Shown: positions 9,535-18,838 of the stretch, one piece after another
How positions within the stretch are numbered: the stretch's first letter is position 1
Layout: every line of letters starts with the position of its first letter
From: an uncultured Planctomycetia bacterium
Lineage (GTDB): Bacteria; Omnitrophota; Gorgyraeia; Tantalellales; Tantalellaceae
Length of the DNA stretch: 64,000 bases
Direction: 5' to 3'
Assembly: GCA_964431495.1 (NCBI GenBank)
Contig: CAYSJU010000009.1
Location: 7,205-71,204, forward strand
The notes under the pieces: generated by a model
Database searches by the model: none
Seen by the model: only the letters and a program-made list of their open reading frames with translations
Told to the model about the DNA's origin: nothing
Position numbers and translations under genes: made by a program

Positions 9535-10461
9535 ATGAAGATATTGGTCACAACAAGTTCGTTTGCTCGTCATGACCCGGCGCCTCTGGATCTATTGACG
9601 CGGAAGGGATACGAGGTGGTTTTAAATCCGTTTCACAGGACGTTGACGAAAGAAGAGGCCATGAGGATCTACGGGGATGATATAGACGGCGTCATCGCCG
9701 GGACCGAGATCATCGATAAGGATGTTTTGTCAAATGCCGGACGGCTGAAAGTTGTTTCTCGTTGCGGCACGGGGATGGATAATGTAGATGTCGATTTTGC
9801 TGAAGCTAATGGCATAAAAGTCTTCAATACCGCTGATGCGCCAACCGACGCGGTGGCGGAATTAGCCGTAGGGTTAATGTTGTCTTTATTACGGGGCATT
9901 CCGGCGGCAGACCGTCGGGTTCGCAATGGGATCTGGAAGAAGAATATGGGGAGTCTCCTGTGTGAAAAAACAGTTGGCATAGTGGGTTTGGGACGTATCG
10001 GAAAAAAGACGGCCTTGTTACTTAAAAACTTAGGCGCCCGGATAGTTTATTACGATCCCGGGGCGGGCAGCAAAAGCGCCGAAGGTTTTGTGGAATCGAG
10101 TATGGAAGGGCTTCTGAAAGAGGCGGATATCGTAAGTTTACACATGTCTTACTCAAAAGAGAATCGAAATCTCTTTGACGTAAAAGAGTTTTCTTTGATG
10201 AAAAAAACCGCCTTTCTCGTAAATGTTTCGCGCGGCGGCATAGTCAATGAGCAGGCTCTTTGCAGGGCTTTAAAGGAAGAAAGAATAGCCGGCGCCGCTT
10301 TTGATGTTTTCGGGAAGGAGCCATACGAAGGGCCGTTGAGGGAACTGGACAATGTTATTCTAACCCCGCATATTGGCTCGTACGCTAAAGAGGCAAGGAT
10401 AAAAATGGAGACGAAGGCATCAGAGAATGTACTGAAAGGATTGACGAAAAAAACAGAGTGA
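9535..10461 (+). CDS. D-isomer-specific 2-hydroxyacid dehydrogenase (SerA/PGDH-like)
   Basis: GIVGLGRIGKKTA NAD-binding motif, VNVSRGGIV, and LTPHIGS catalytic His context. Confidence 0.85.
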   Translation: MKILVTTSSFARHDPAPLDLLTRKGYEVVLNPFHRTLTKEEAMRIYGDDIDGVIAGTEIIDKDVLSNAGRLKVVSRCGTGMDNVDVDFAEANGIKVFNTADAPTDAVAELAVGLMLSLLRGIPAADRRVRNGIWKKNMGSLLCEKTVGIVGLGRIGKKTALLLKNLGARIVYYDPGAGSKSAEGFVESSMEGLLKEADIVSLHMSYSKENRNLFDVKEFSLMKKTAFLVNVSRGGIVNEQALCRALKEERIAGAAFDVFGKEPYEGPLRELDNVILTPHIGSYAKEARIKMETKASENVLKGLTKKTE

Positions 10462-10486
10462 TATTTTTTCCAGGAGGTGTTGTTGA

Positions 10487-12064
10487 GTGAAGGTCCTATT
10501 GATTTCTATCGATCTGGTCCTGGGGGCAAGGATTTTGGTGAATGTATTGAAAGAGAAGGATGTTGAGGCGAAGAATCTCCAGATCGTCGGGGTGAGATAT
10601 TCAGACCCTTTTTCGGAAGATGCCTTGCGGGACATCTATGAATTCAGCAGGGGATATGATGTTGTAGGATTGTCTTTCAATTCATTTTATTCGGTGTTGG
10701 CGGCTCGACTGGGAAAATATTTGAAATCCAGGGGAGTGAAATGGCTTATCGCCGGCGGCACTCACGTGACCGCCATGCCCGAAGAGGTTATGTCCTACGC
10801 GGATATGGCTGTTATTTATGAGGCAGAATTGACTTTACCGAGAGTTTTGAAAAACCTGGATTCACCCGGTTCATTGCGCGATATAGGCGGGATCGTTTTT
10901 AAGGACGGGAATGGACAGATCATCAGAACGGGTAACCCTCAGATCGAGCTTGATCTTGACAACATTCCATTCCAGAGTATCTCAAATGAAGACATAACCT
11001 ACTATAATGTACGGAACAATACTTTCGAGGAACCGACGGTCGATACTTTCTTTCCGCACGGCCACAGGAATTATTATGTCCTTACTTCAAGAGGTTGCCC
11101 GTTCAAGTGCACTTATTGTTCCAGCAGCTTTTTTGCGAAACTCGCCGAAGGTTCCCAAAAAGTGAGAAAAAGGTCTGTTGATAATATCATTTCGGAGATG
11201 AAAACAGCCAAGCAGGCGGGCTTCGAAGCGTTTTATATAGCGGATGATAATTTTTTATCCTTTACCCTTAAAGAGATCGAGAACTTTCTGGAACTGTATG
11301 GATCACAAATAAATTTGCCTTTTAGCGCCGGCGGCCTGAATCCGAACAATATGAGGGCGAAGGATTCGTCTAAAAAGATAGAGATACTTTTGAAGTGTGG
11401 ATTGTCGGATGTGAGAATAGGGGTGCAGAGCGGAAGCGATCGAACATTGAAAATTTTTAATAGAAGCTATACCGCCGAAGAGGTCCCTGAATTACTGAAA
11501 ATTTTTGAAAACCGCAAAACGATCTGGAAAGAACCCAATGATAAATTAAGAATAGCTGTTGATTTTATTTGTGACTCACCCTGGGAGGATGAAAGGGATA
11601 AATTAGACACACTGGGATTGGCGAATAATTTATTATCCACGTACGGGGTGTTTTTCAACACGCTGATCTATCTGCCGGCAACAGATATCTACAATTTAGC
11701 TTTAAAAGAGGGGTGGATCAAAGACAAGGAAAAAGATATATATCTAAGGGGCATAGGCGGGCTTGAAGATAATATATATAACCGTTTGCTGTATCTCATA
11801 GCTGTTCTCAAGGAACGCGGCGGCAAAATGCCCGATAAAATGATATCGCATATCTTGGATCTACACAAAAAGGATCCGGATCTGGCAGAAACACTCGTAG
11901 ACTTTATTATGAGAACCATAAACGATGTTGAAGACCACCATGGTTTTAATGCAAGCCATTTAACGTTACATCCTTACTTGAAAGGTTTTAAAACGTGGGA
12001 AAAGACCGTCGGGCAAAAAGGGAAAAAGGTTTTGTTTAGAAGTTACCACGAGTCATATGGTTAA
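10487..12064 (+). CDS. B12-binding-domain radical SAM enzyme (class B)
   Basis: GTG start 9 nt after AGGAGG. LTSRGCPFKCTYCSS. N-terminal Rossmann-like B12-binding segment (VVGLSF...LIAGGTH). Confidence 0.85.
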   Translation: MKVLLISIDLVLGARILVNVLKEKDVEAKNLQIVGVRYSDPFSEDALRDIYEFSRGYDVVGLSFNSFYSVLAARLGKYLKSRGVKWLIAGGTHVTAMPEEVMSYADMAVIYEAELTLPRVLKNLDSPGSLRDIGGIVFKDGNGQIIRTGNPQIELDLDNIPFQSISNEDITYYNVRNNTFEEPTVDTFFPHGHRNYYVLTSRGCPFKCTYCSSSFFAKLAEGSQKVRKRSVDNIISEMKTAKQAGFEAFYIADDNFLSFTLKEIENFLELYGSQINLPFSAGGLNPNNMRAKDSSKKIEILLKCGLSDVRIGVQSGSDRTLKIFNRSYTAEEVPELLKIFENRKTIWKEPNDKLRIAVDFICDSPWEDERDKLDTLGLANNLLSTYGVFFNTLIYLPATDIYNLALKEGWIKDKEKDIYLRGIGGLEDNIYNRLLYLIAVLKERGGKMPDKMISHILDLHKKDPDLAETLVDFIMRTINDVEDHHGFNASHLTLHPYLKGFKTWEKTVGQKGKKVLFRSYHESYG

Positions 12065-12082
12065 CGGACAGGGACAGGATCG

Positions 12083-12757
12083 ATGCGTGATTATAAAATA
12101 AAGTATCTTTCGCATATGTTAGAAAAAAAAGTGCCGGTTTACGGGAACAAAAAGGCTTCTTTGGAGATTAGTCCTGATAAATCTCTTGACAGAGGAGATT
12201 CCTGCAATACTTTCAGGTTTTCCATGCAAAATCACTGGGGAACACACATCGATGCGCCCGCGCATTTTTTTAAGGGCGCGAAGAAAGTATCGGATTATAC
12301 GGCCGGCAACTGGTTATTTAAGGAACCATGCGTGATCGAGCTGCCTTTACAAAAAGGCAGGGCGATAAGGCTGGATGAGGTAAGTGCGGAAATAAAGAAA
12401 TGTCATGACCTTTTGCTGTTAAAAACAGGGTTCGGACGCTATAGGGGCTCAAGAACTTACAGTTTCAAAGGTCCTTCGGTAAGTCCTGAGGTAGGGCTTT
12501 GGTTAAGGAGCGAAAGACCCAATATTCGGGCGATAGGGTTTGATTTCATATCTATCGGGTCATATCGGGACAGGGAAGAGGGCAGGCGAACGCACAGGGT
12601 TTTCTTGGACCCCGGGCAGAAAGGCTGCCCGGTCTTGATCATCGAGGACATGAAACTATCTTACGACCTGTCCAGGTTGAAGACGGCCTGGGTGGCGCCG
12701 TTGCTGATAGATCGGATAGACAGTTCTCCATGTACGGTGTTTGGTGTATTTGATTAA
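12083..12757 (+). CDS. Cyclase-family protein (kynurenine-formamidase-like metal amidohydrolase)
   Basis: HWGTHIDAPAHF matches the HxGTHxDxPxH motif of the putative cyclase family. Confidence 0.7.
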   Translation: MRDYKIKYLSHMLEKKVPVYGNKKASLEISPDKSLDRGDSCNTFRFSMQNHWGTHIDAPAHFFKGAKKVSDYTAGNWLFKEPCVIELPLQKGRAIRLDEVSAEIKKCHDLLLLKTGFGRYRGSRTYSFKGPSVSPEVGLWLRSERPNIRAIGFDFISIGSYRDREEGRRTHRVFLDPGQKGCPVLIIEDMKLSYDLSRLKTAWVAPLLIDRIDSSPCTVFGVFD

Positions 12758-12779
12758 AGACAATTTAAGAGGTGAAAAA

Positions 12780-13670
12780 ATGAAGAAAGTCATAATTTTT
12801 GGCGGTTCAGGTTTCATCGGCAGCCATGTCGCCGATGTTCTTACAGAAGAAGGGTTTGAAGTACGCATTTTTGATTTAAAGAAAAGCCCGTATTTGTCCG
12901 AGAAGCAGAGGTTTATCAAGGGTGATATACTTGACAGGAACAAAGTACAAGAGGCTGTTGCTGGGAACGATATTGTCTATAATTTCGCGGGACAATCTGA
13001 TATAGACGCCGCAATGAACGAGCCTCTGGATACCGTATCCACCAATATCATAGGGAATACCAATATACTGGAAGCATGCCGTAGACACGGGATAAAAAGG
13101 TTTATCTTCGCGAGCACAATATATGTCTACAGTGATACGGGATCTTTTTACAAGTCAAGCAAGCAGTCCTGCGAGCTTATTATAGAGGATTACCAGAAAC
13201 AGTTCGGTCTCGATTTCACCATTCTTAGATACGGCAGCCTTTACGGGCCGAGGTCGGATGGAAGAAATTGGATACACTCGATATTAAGACAGGCCCTCGA
13301 TCAGAAAAAGATAACAAGGAAGGGGGATGGTGAAGAAATAAGGGAATACGTGCATGTGCACGATGCAGCGAAGTTGAGCGTCAAGATATTAGATGGCGGA
13401 TATAAGAATCAACACGTAATGGTAACGGGGAACCAGCAGACGCGCATCAAGGATCTAATGATAATGATCAAGGAGATTTTAAATAATAAGGTGGATCTGG
13501 AGTTCGTTGATATCGGAAAAGATCTGCATTATGAGATAACGCCTTATAATTTCAGCCCTAAGTTGGCGAAAAAGATAGTGGGCGATCATTATATAGATCT
13601 TGGACAGGGGATACTGGACACCCTGAATCACATCTATAAAAAGAATACGGTTCATGGTAACAGGCTTTAG
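12780..13670 (+). CDS. NAD-dependent epimerase/dehydratase (extended SDR)
   Basis: MKKVIIFGGSGFIGSHV (GxxGxxG), YKSSK catalytic YxxxK. GAGGTG RBS before ATG 12780 (ORF track start 12741 is unlikely). Confidence 0.85.
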   Translation: MKKVIIFGGSGFIGSHVADVLTEEGFEVRIFDLKKSPYLSEKQRFIKGDILDRNKVQEAVAGNDIVYNFAGQSDIDAAMNEPLDTVSTNIIGNTNILEACRRHGIKRFIFASTIYVYSDTGSFYKSSKQSCELIIEDYQKQFGLDFTILRYGSLYGPRSDGRNWIHSILRQALDQKKITRKGDGEEIREYVHVHDAAKLSVKILDGGYKNQHVMVTGNQQTRIKDLMIMIKEILNNKVDLEFVDIGKDLHYEITPYNFSPKLAKKIVGDHYIDLGQGILDTLNHIYKKNTVHGNRL

Positions 13671-13681
13671 GGGGTTTCAAT

Positions 13682-14335
13682 ATGATACGAGCTTTGATTT
13701 TTGATTTTGACGGCGTTATAGCGGAATCCGTTGATGTGAAGACGGAAGCGTTCAGGGAGCTTTTTAAAGACTATCCTGATAGTGCTGACGCCATAGAGAA
13801 ATTCCATTTAGACAACGGTGGGATGTCCCGATACGATAAGTTCAGGCACATATACGCCAATATCCTGAAGCAGGAGCTGCCGGGGGAGAGGTTTAGCGAA
13901 CTCTGCGGATCTTTCCATAAGCTGGTTGTTGATAAGGTAGTCGAAGCTCCGTTTGTGGAAGGATGCATTGAGGTGCTGGATCTTTGTTCCGGGAAATATC
14001 CCATGTATATCGTTTCAGGGACTCCGGAAGGCGAGATGAAAGAAATAGTAAAACGGCGGGCGCTTGAGGGATATTTTCTCGAGATTTACGGTTCGCCGGA
14101 CAGTAAAACCAGATCAATAAGAAAGATCCTGGTTGATAACGGGTTCAAACCGGAAGAAGTTTTGTTCATAGGCGATTCAAAAAACGATCTTCAGGCCGCC
14201 GAAGAGACGGGTGTAATATTTATCGCCAGGGCGGTGGATGAAGAAGAGGACTGGCTTAGATCCGAAAGCGTGAAGACCTCTTTTCCGGATCTCAGGGGGG
14301 TGGAAGATTATATTGAGACGCATAACCATATTTAA
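13682..14335 (+). CDS. HAD-superfamily phosphatase (PGP/beta-PGM-like subfamily IA)
   Basis: LIFDFDGVIAES (DxDG motif I), VSGT, GDSKNDLQAA (motif IV). Confidence 0.8.
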   Translation: MIRALIFDFDGVIAESVDVKTEAFRELFKDYPDSADAIEKFHLDNGGMSRYDKFRHIYANILKQELPGERFSELCGSFHKLVVDKVVEAPFVEGCIEVLDLCSGKYPMYIVSGTPEGEMKEIVKRRALEGYFLEIYGSPDSKTRSIRKILVDNGFKPEEVLFIGDSKNDLQAAEETGVIFIARAVDEEEDWLRSESVKTSFPDLRGVEDYIETHNHI

Positions 14336-14389
14336 AAGGAAAGCTGCCGATATAAGGCGAGCAGGGAGTAAAACAGCTTTAGGAAGATC

Positions 14390-15811
14390 ATGTTTATTAT
14401 GCCCAGGTCTCAGGGGAGATATGGTAAGCCGAGTTCGCCACCGGTCGGGATAGCGTACCTGGCGACTTTTCTTAAAGCCCGGGGACATGAAGTCGGGGTA
14501 ATGGATCTAAGGGTAGAGAAAAAAGGATACGATCACATTTCCGCGATAAAGGCTTTTGGCCCGGAAACCGTGGGTGTGAGTTTCATGAGCAACGGGTACA
14601 AAGAGAGTTACACCCTTATTGATGAAATAAAGACAAAACTCGGAGTGACGGTTATTATCGGGGGAGCGCATCCTTCCACTTTAAGGGAAAAGGTCCTGGA
14701 GGAGTGCGGAGCCGATTACGCTGTTTATGGAGAGGGAGAATTCACCATGTTAGAGTTTTTGGAACAGAAAGCTCCCCCCGAAATAAAAGGACTGGTATGG
14801 CGCGACGGGGAAAATATCGTGGTAAACCCACCGCGTGAACCGTTGCTTGACCTTGATTCTTTGCCTTTTCCCGACCATGGGATGTTTAAACTTGACCGGT
14901 ATGGCCGGAAGAGGATCTCATTGAATACTTCCCGGGGGTGCCCGCATTTATGCACGTATTGCGCGGTCGATCTGGTTATCGGCAGAAGGTTCAGGGCGCG
15001 CAGCCCGGAGAACGTCGTGGACGAGATAGAATACTGGTACCGGAGGGGATACAGGAATTTTGGTTTTAATGACAGCACTTTTACCGAGGACATGAAACGG
15101 GCGGGCAGGATAGCGGAAGAACTGATAAGGCGGAATATTGAAATAGAATGGGATCTCAGGACGGGTATAAGGGTCGACAGGGTTAATAAAGAGCTGTTGC
15201 GCAAATTGAAGCAGGCGGGATGTAATTTTATAGCATTCGGGATAGAATCAATAGACCCGGAAGTTATTCAGTTAATGCGTAAGAAGACCACGTTTGAAAT
15301 GGCAGAGAAAGCCGTCCGGGACGCAAGAGCAAGTGGATTGGGTGTCGGCGGTTTTTTTATGATCGGGACGCCGGGTGATACATACAAAAAATTCAAAAAG
15401 ACTTACGATTTCGCTGACCAGGAAATATTCGATGAGGTAAGGTTCTATAATACAGAACCTTATCCCGGGACCGCCATCTATGAATGGATCAGGGCAAACG
15501 GCAGATTTCTTGCCGAGCCGGAAGAGTATCTTAATTCGCGGTCAAGATGGGACGAAGAACCCATATTTGAAACTGATCGTTTTGCCGCCAGAGAGAGAAA
15601 GAAGGCGTTTAACGAAGGTGAATTTCTCGTGGCCAAGAAACTGGCAATAAAGGTCCTCGGCAGGAAACTGGGGGTTTTTGTCTATTCCCCCTGCAGAAAC
15701 AGGATGATCAGGAAGGTTGTCCTCTTTATGGGGTTCAGGATGGCCCCCTTGATCTTCAAGTTTATGTCGTTGAAGAATAATTCATCAGCACCAAAGGAAA
15801 GTATCGGATGA
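14390..15811 (+). CDS. B12-binding-domain radical SAM enzyme (class B)
   Basis: PVGIAYLATFLKARGHEVGVMDL...IIGGAHPS, then NTSRGCPHLCTYCAV. Confidence 0.85.
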   Translation: MFIMPRSQGRYGKPSSPPVGIAYLATFLKARGHEVGVMDLRVEKKGYDHISAIKAFGPETVGVSFMSNGYKESYTLIDEIKTKLGVTVIIGGAHPSTLREKVLEECGADYAVYGEGEFTMLEFLEQKAPPEIKGLVWRDGENIVVNPPREPLLDLDSLPFPDHGMFKLDRYGRKRISLNTSRGCPHLCTYCAVDLVIGRRFRARSPENVVDEIEYWYRRGYRNFGFNDSTFTEDMKRAGRIAEELIRRNIEIEWDLRTGIRVDRVNKELLRKLKQAGCNFIAFGIESIDPEVIQLMRKKTTFEMAEKAVRDARASGLGVGGFFMIGTPGDTYKKFKKTYDFADQEIFDEVRFYNTEPYPGTAIYEWIRANGRFLAEPEEYLNSRSRWDEEPIFETDRFAARERKKAFNEGEFLVAKKLAIKVLGRKLGVFVYSPCRNRMIRKVVLFMGFRMAPLIFKFMSLKNNSSAPKESIG

Positions 15812-16608
15812 ACATGGATCATATTGAAAAGATGAACAGGGAGACAAAAGAGGCCTGGGATGAGAACTGGAAGGATATAAAAATAGAGACCATCCTCGAG
15901 ATGTTCGGATATCCGAGAGTGGAAAAGTTCCTGAACATCTTTACTCCTTATCTACCGGAGAACGGGCGCATACTGGAAGCCGGCTGCGGCTTGGGGCCAT
16001 GGGTCATAAAGCTGGGCGCGCTTGGGTATAAGATGGTCGGAATAGACTACCAGCAGGCCTGTATAGACAAGATCAAGGCATATGATAATGGGCAGGAGGT
16101 ATATACAGCCGATGTGTCGAATATTCCGTTTGAAGATAACAGTTTCGAGGCTTATCTGTCCTGGGGGGTCATAGAACATTTCGCTGAAGGGCCTGATAAA
16201 GCCCTTGAAGAAGCTCACAGGGTGTTAAAAGATGAGGGACGGCTGCTGCTCACGGTCCCGTATAAAAATATATTCAGGAGGATAAAGGAACCCTTTGATC
16301 ATGTAAAGCGCAACCCGTTCATTCGCAGGATACTCAATAAACCTCCGAAGGTATATTATTACCAGAAATTTTTCAGGGTCAGGGAACTCGAAGAAGTAAT
16401 ATCAAGGAGCGGCTTTCATGTAGAAAAGATCATACCCGTGGACCAGATATTCGGTCTTGTTGAATTTTCGAGCCTGTTCCGGGACAAGAACAGCCTGGAC
16501 GGGGAGAATAAATTTGCTGTTTTCGGGGGCAATATTCTGGAGAAAATATTGCCCTGGGCAAGCGCGGGTTCTACCTTTGTGGTGGCCCGCAAAAAGAGAA
16601 AAAAATAA
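15808..16608 (+). CDS. Class I SAM-dependent methyltransferase
   Basis: ILEAGCGLGPW, GVIEHFAEG, LKDEGRLLLTVP. ATGA overlap with the upstream gene. Confidence 0.75.
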   Translation: MNMDHIEKMNRETKEAWDENWKDIKIETILEMFGYPRVEKFLNIFTPYLPENGRILEAGCGLGPWVIKLGALGYKMVGIDYQQACIDKIKAYDNGQEVYTADVSNIPFEDNSFEAYLSWGVIEHFAEGPDKALEEAHRVLKDEGRLLLTVPYKNIFRRIKEPFDHVKRNPFIRRILNKPPKVYYYQKFFRVRELEEVISRSGFHVEKIIPVDQIFGLVEFSSLFRDKNSLDGENKFAVFGGNILEKILPWASAGSTFVVARKKRKK

Positions 16609-16636
16609 ATGCATCATAGATCCACAGGAGGCGAGC

Positions 16637-17578
16637 ATGAAGCTTATTATTCAGATACCCTGTTACAATGAAGAAAGAACTCTTCCTGTAACACTTAAGG
16701 ATCTACCCGAACGGGTTGAAGGTGTGGACGAGATAGAGACACTTGTGATCAATGATGGCTCCTCGGACGCTACGGTAGAAGTTGCGAGAGAACAGGGTGT
16801 TGACCATATACTGAATTTACCGTCCAGAGGAGGACTCGCGGAGGCTTTCAGGGAAGGGATAGAGAGATCCCTGGAACTCGGAGCTGATATCATTGTCAAC
16901 ACGGACGCCGATAACCAGTATTTCGGCCAGGATATCACAAAACTTGTCAAGCCGGTCCTTGAACGGAAGGCGGAAATGGTGATAGGATGCAGGGATATAA
17001 AGGACATCAAGCATTTTTCTTTTATGAAAAAGTCCTTACAAAGGTTCGGAAGCTATCTGGTCCGCCGGTTTTCCGGGACGGATATTCCTGATACCACAAG
17101 CGGGTTCAGGGCTTATTCCCGGGAAGCCGCGCTCAGGATCAATATCTTTTCTTCTTATACCTATACGCTGGAGTCGATCATCCAGGCCGGCCGGCAGGAG
17201 ATCCCCGTTACTCACGTGAACATAAGAACGAACGATAAGCTGAGAGAATCAAGGCTGATAAAAAGCATTCCTTCTTACGTCACAAGGTCAGCTGGCACGA
17301 TCCTGCGGATATATCTTATGTATGAGCCATTGAAGACGTTTCTCAGTATAGGTATTATTTTTATTATTCCCGGGGTTTTACTTATTCTGAGGTTTTTGTA
17401 TTTCCATTTTACGGCCGGCAGAAGCGGGCTGATCCAGTCTTTGATAATCGCGGCCGTTTTACTTATTATGGGTTTTGGAACGGTATTACTTGGACTTCTC
17501 GGGGATATAATTTCCGTAAATAGAAGGTTTAACCAGGAAATATTATACAGGCTGAAAAAGCAAAACCTGAAAAAATAA
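16637..17578 (+). CDS. GT2 polyprenyl-phosphate glycosyltransferase (ArnC/GtrB/DPM1-like) with C-terminal TM helices
   Basis: IQIPCYNEE, VINDGSSD, NTDADNQY (DxD), two C-terminal hydrophobic helices. AGGAGG RBS before ATG 16637 (ORF track start 16457 lies inside the upstream gene). Confidence 0.75.
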   Translation: MKLIIQIPCYNEERTLPVTLKDLPERVEGVDEIETLVINDGSSDATVEVAREQGVDHILNLPSRGGLAEAFREGIERSLELGADIIVNTDADNQYFGQDITKLVKPVLERKAEMVIGCRDIKDIKHFSFMKKSLQRFGSYLVRRFSGTDIPDTTSGFRAYSREAALRINIFSSYTYTLESIIQAGRQEIPVTHVNIRTNDKLRESRLIKSIPSYVTRSAGTILRIYLMYEPLKTFLSIGIIFIIPGVLLILRFLYFHFTAGRSGLIQSLIIAAVLLIMGFGTVLLGLLGDIISVNRRFNQEILYRLKKQNLKK

Positions 17579-17590
17579 AGGGCTATTTTT

Positions 17591-18814
17591 ATGGTTTCCA
17601 CAGACATCGCAAGGGGGAAGGAAAAGCTATTAATAGTTACGAGCACTTTTCCGAGGTATAGCGGGGATGCAGTGTCCGCGAGGTTCGTTCTTGACCTGGC
17701 GCGGGCGCTTACCGCGCATTACGAAGTGCATGTTTTGACTCCACATTCTCCCGGATCGCGGCGATCAGAGGTCCTTGATGGAATAAAGGTCCACAGGTTC
17801 CTTTATTTTGTGCCGACTAGATTAGAAAAATTGACGACCGGTGAAGGCATTTTAGCCAATTGCCGGAAGAACGGGTTCTTATTTTTACAACTCCCGTTTT
17901 TGTTCCTATCGGAGATCTTCCAGATAGTCCGGCTGGTCAAAAAAGAGGATATAAGTATTATCAATTCGCACTGGATAGTGCCGCAGGGGATAGCGGTGGC
18001 CCTGGTCAAGGGATATCTTGGAGTCAAACACGTCATGACCGTCCACGCGGCCGGGATATTTACATTGAAACGATGGGGAAGCCTGGGCAGGAAGCTGGCG
18101 GGATTTATTGTCCGGCGTTCTGACGCGGTCATGCCGGTCAGCAGTTATATAAAGGCTACATTGGACGGACTGGTCGACGGAAGATACGTTTGTAATATAT
18201 TGCCGATGGGGGCCAATACCGGACTGTTTAACGGCGGAGAAGAAGGTTATTTGGGGAAAAAGAAAAGAGGGTTCAGGGTTCTTTTTGTGGGGAAGATAGT
18301 CGAGAAAAAGGGACTAAAATATTTTCTGGAAGCGGTAAGTATTCTGAAAAAAAAGAGTATTCCGGTAGAACTTATCGTCGCGGGCGGTGGTCCGCTTGAA
18401 AAAGAACTAATGGATTACGCCATGGAACTGGAAATGGATGAAGACGTATCTTTTCTTGGCTGGATCCCCAATGAAAAGCTTCCCGAACTTTACAGGTCCG
18501 TGGATATGACAGTGGTCCCTTCGGTATTTGACGGAAAAGGGGAAACTGAAGGCATGCCGGTCGTAGTTTTAGAATCTATGGCAATGGCCAGACCTGTCCT
18601 CGCGAGCAGGATAAGCGGCATACCTGATATCGTGGAAGACGGGGTTAACGGCTGGCTGGTAGAACCCGGGTCCTCTAAAGCGTTCGCGGACAGGATGGAG
18701 AAGATCAGTGACGCCGATCTTAACAGGTGCCGGGAAGGCGCGTTGAACACTGCCTCAAGGTTCAGTTATGCGTCCATAGCATCCGGATACAGTGAGGTCA
18801 TCGATGCGTTGTGA
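17591..18814 (+). CDS. GT4-family (GT-B) glycosyltransferase
   Basis: ETEGMPVVVLESMAMARPVLASRISGIPDIVEDGVNGWLVEPG is an EX7E-type motif. Confidence 0.85.
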   Translation: MVSTDIARGKEKLLIVTSTFPRYSGDAVSARFVLDLARALTAHYEVHVLTPHSPGSRRSEVLDGIKVHRFLYFVPTRLEKLTTGEGILANCRKNGFLFLQLPFLFLSEIFQIVRLVKKEDISIINSHWIVPQGIAVALVKGYLGVKHVMTVHAAGIFTLKRWGSLGRKLAGFIVRRSDAVMPVSSYIKATLDGLVDGRYVCNILPMGANTGLFNGGEEGYLGKKKRGFRVLFVGKIVEKKGLKYFLEAVSILKKKSIPVELIVAGGGPLEKELMDYAMELEMDEDVSFLGWIPNEKLPELYRSVDMTVVPSVFDGKGETEGMPVVVLESMAMARPVLASRISGIPDIVEDGVNGWLVEPGSSKAFADRMEKISDADLNRCREGALNTASRFSYASIASGYSEVIDAL

Positions 18815-18838
18815 TACGCAATACATGAGGGGGCGATA

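Noticed and set aside
14340-14380. AAAGCTG ... CAGCTTT inverted repeat between the HAD gene and the third B12 radical SAM gene
   Set aside because: It has only 7 bp with a 27-nt loop and no T-tract, so it is too weak to call a terminator or a regulatory hairpin.
1-16608. Phosphonate (Fom3/PhpK-like) biosynthetic cluster hypothesis
   Set aside because: B12 radical SAM enzymes, a cytidylyltransferase, an aminotransferase and a dehydrogenase are reminiscent of phosphonate pathways. However, I found no PEP-mutase-like ORF (no EDKxxxxxNS-type motif) or phosphonopyruvate decarboxylase in the window. In addition, the cytidylyltransferase is NeuA-type rather than Fom1/LicC-type.
16457-16636. N-terminal extensions suggested by the ORF track (also 6568, 12741, 20792, 34939, 44659, 47178, 49457, 56245 and 58802)
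   Set aside because: The extended starts lie inside the preceding gene in another frame. They lack an RBS and add non-homologous residues in front of conserved N-terminal motifs. Downstream ATG/GTG codons with SD-like sequences or ATGA overlaps were preferred.
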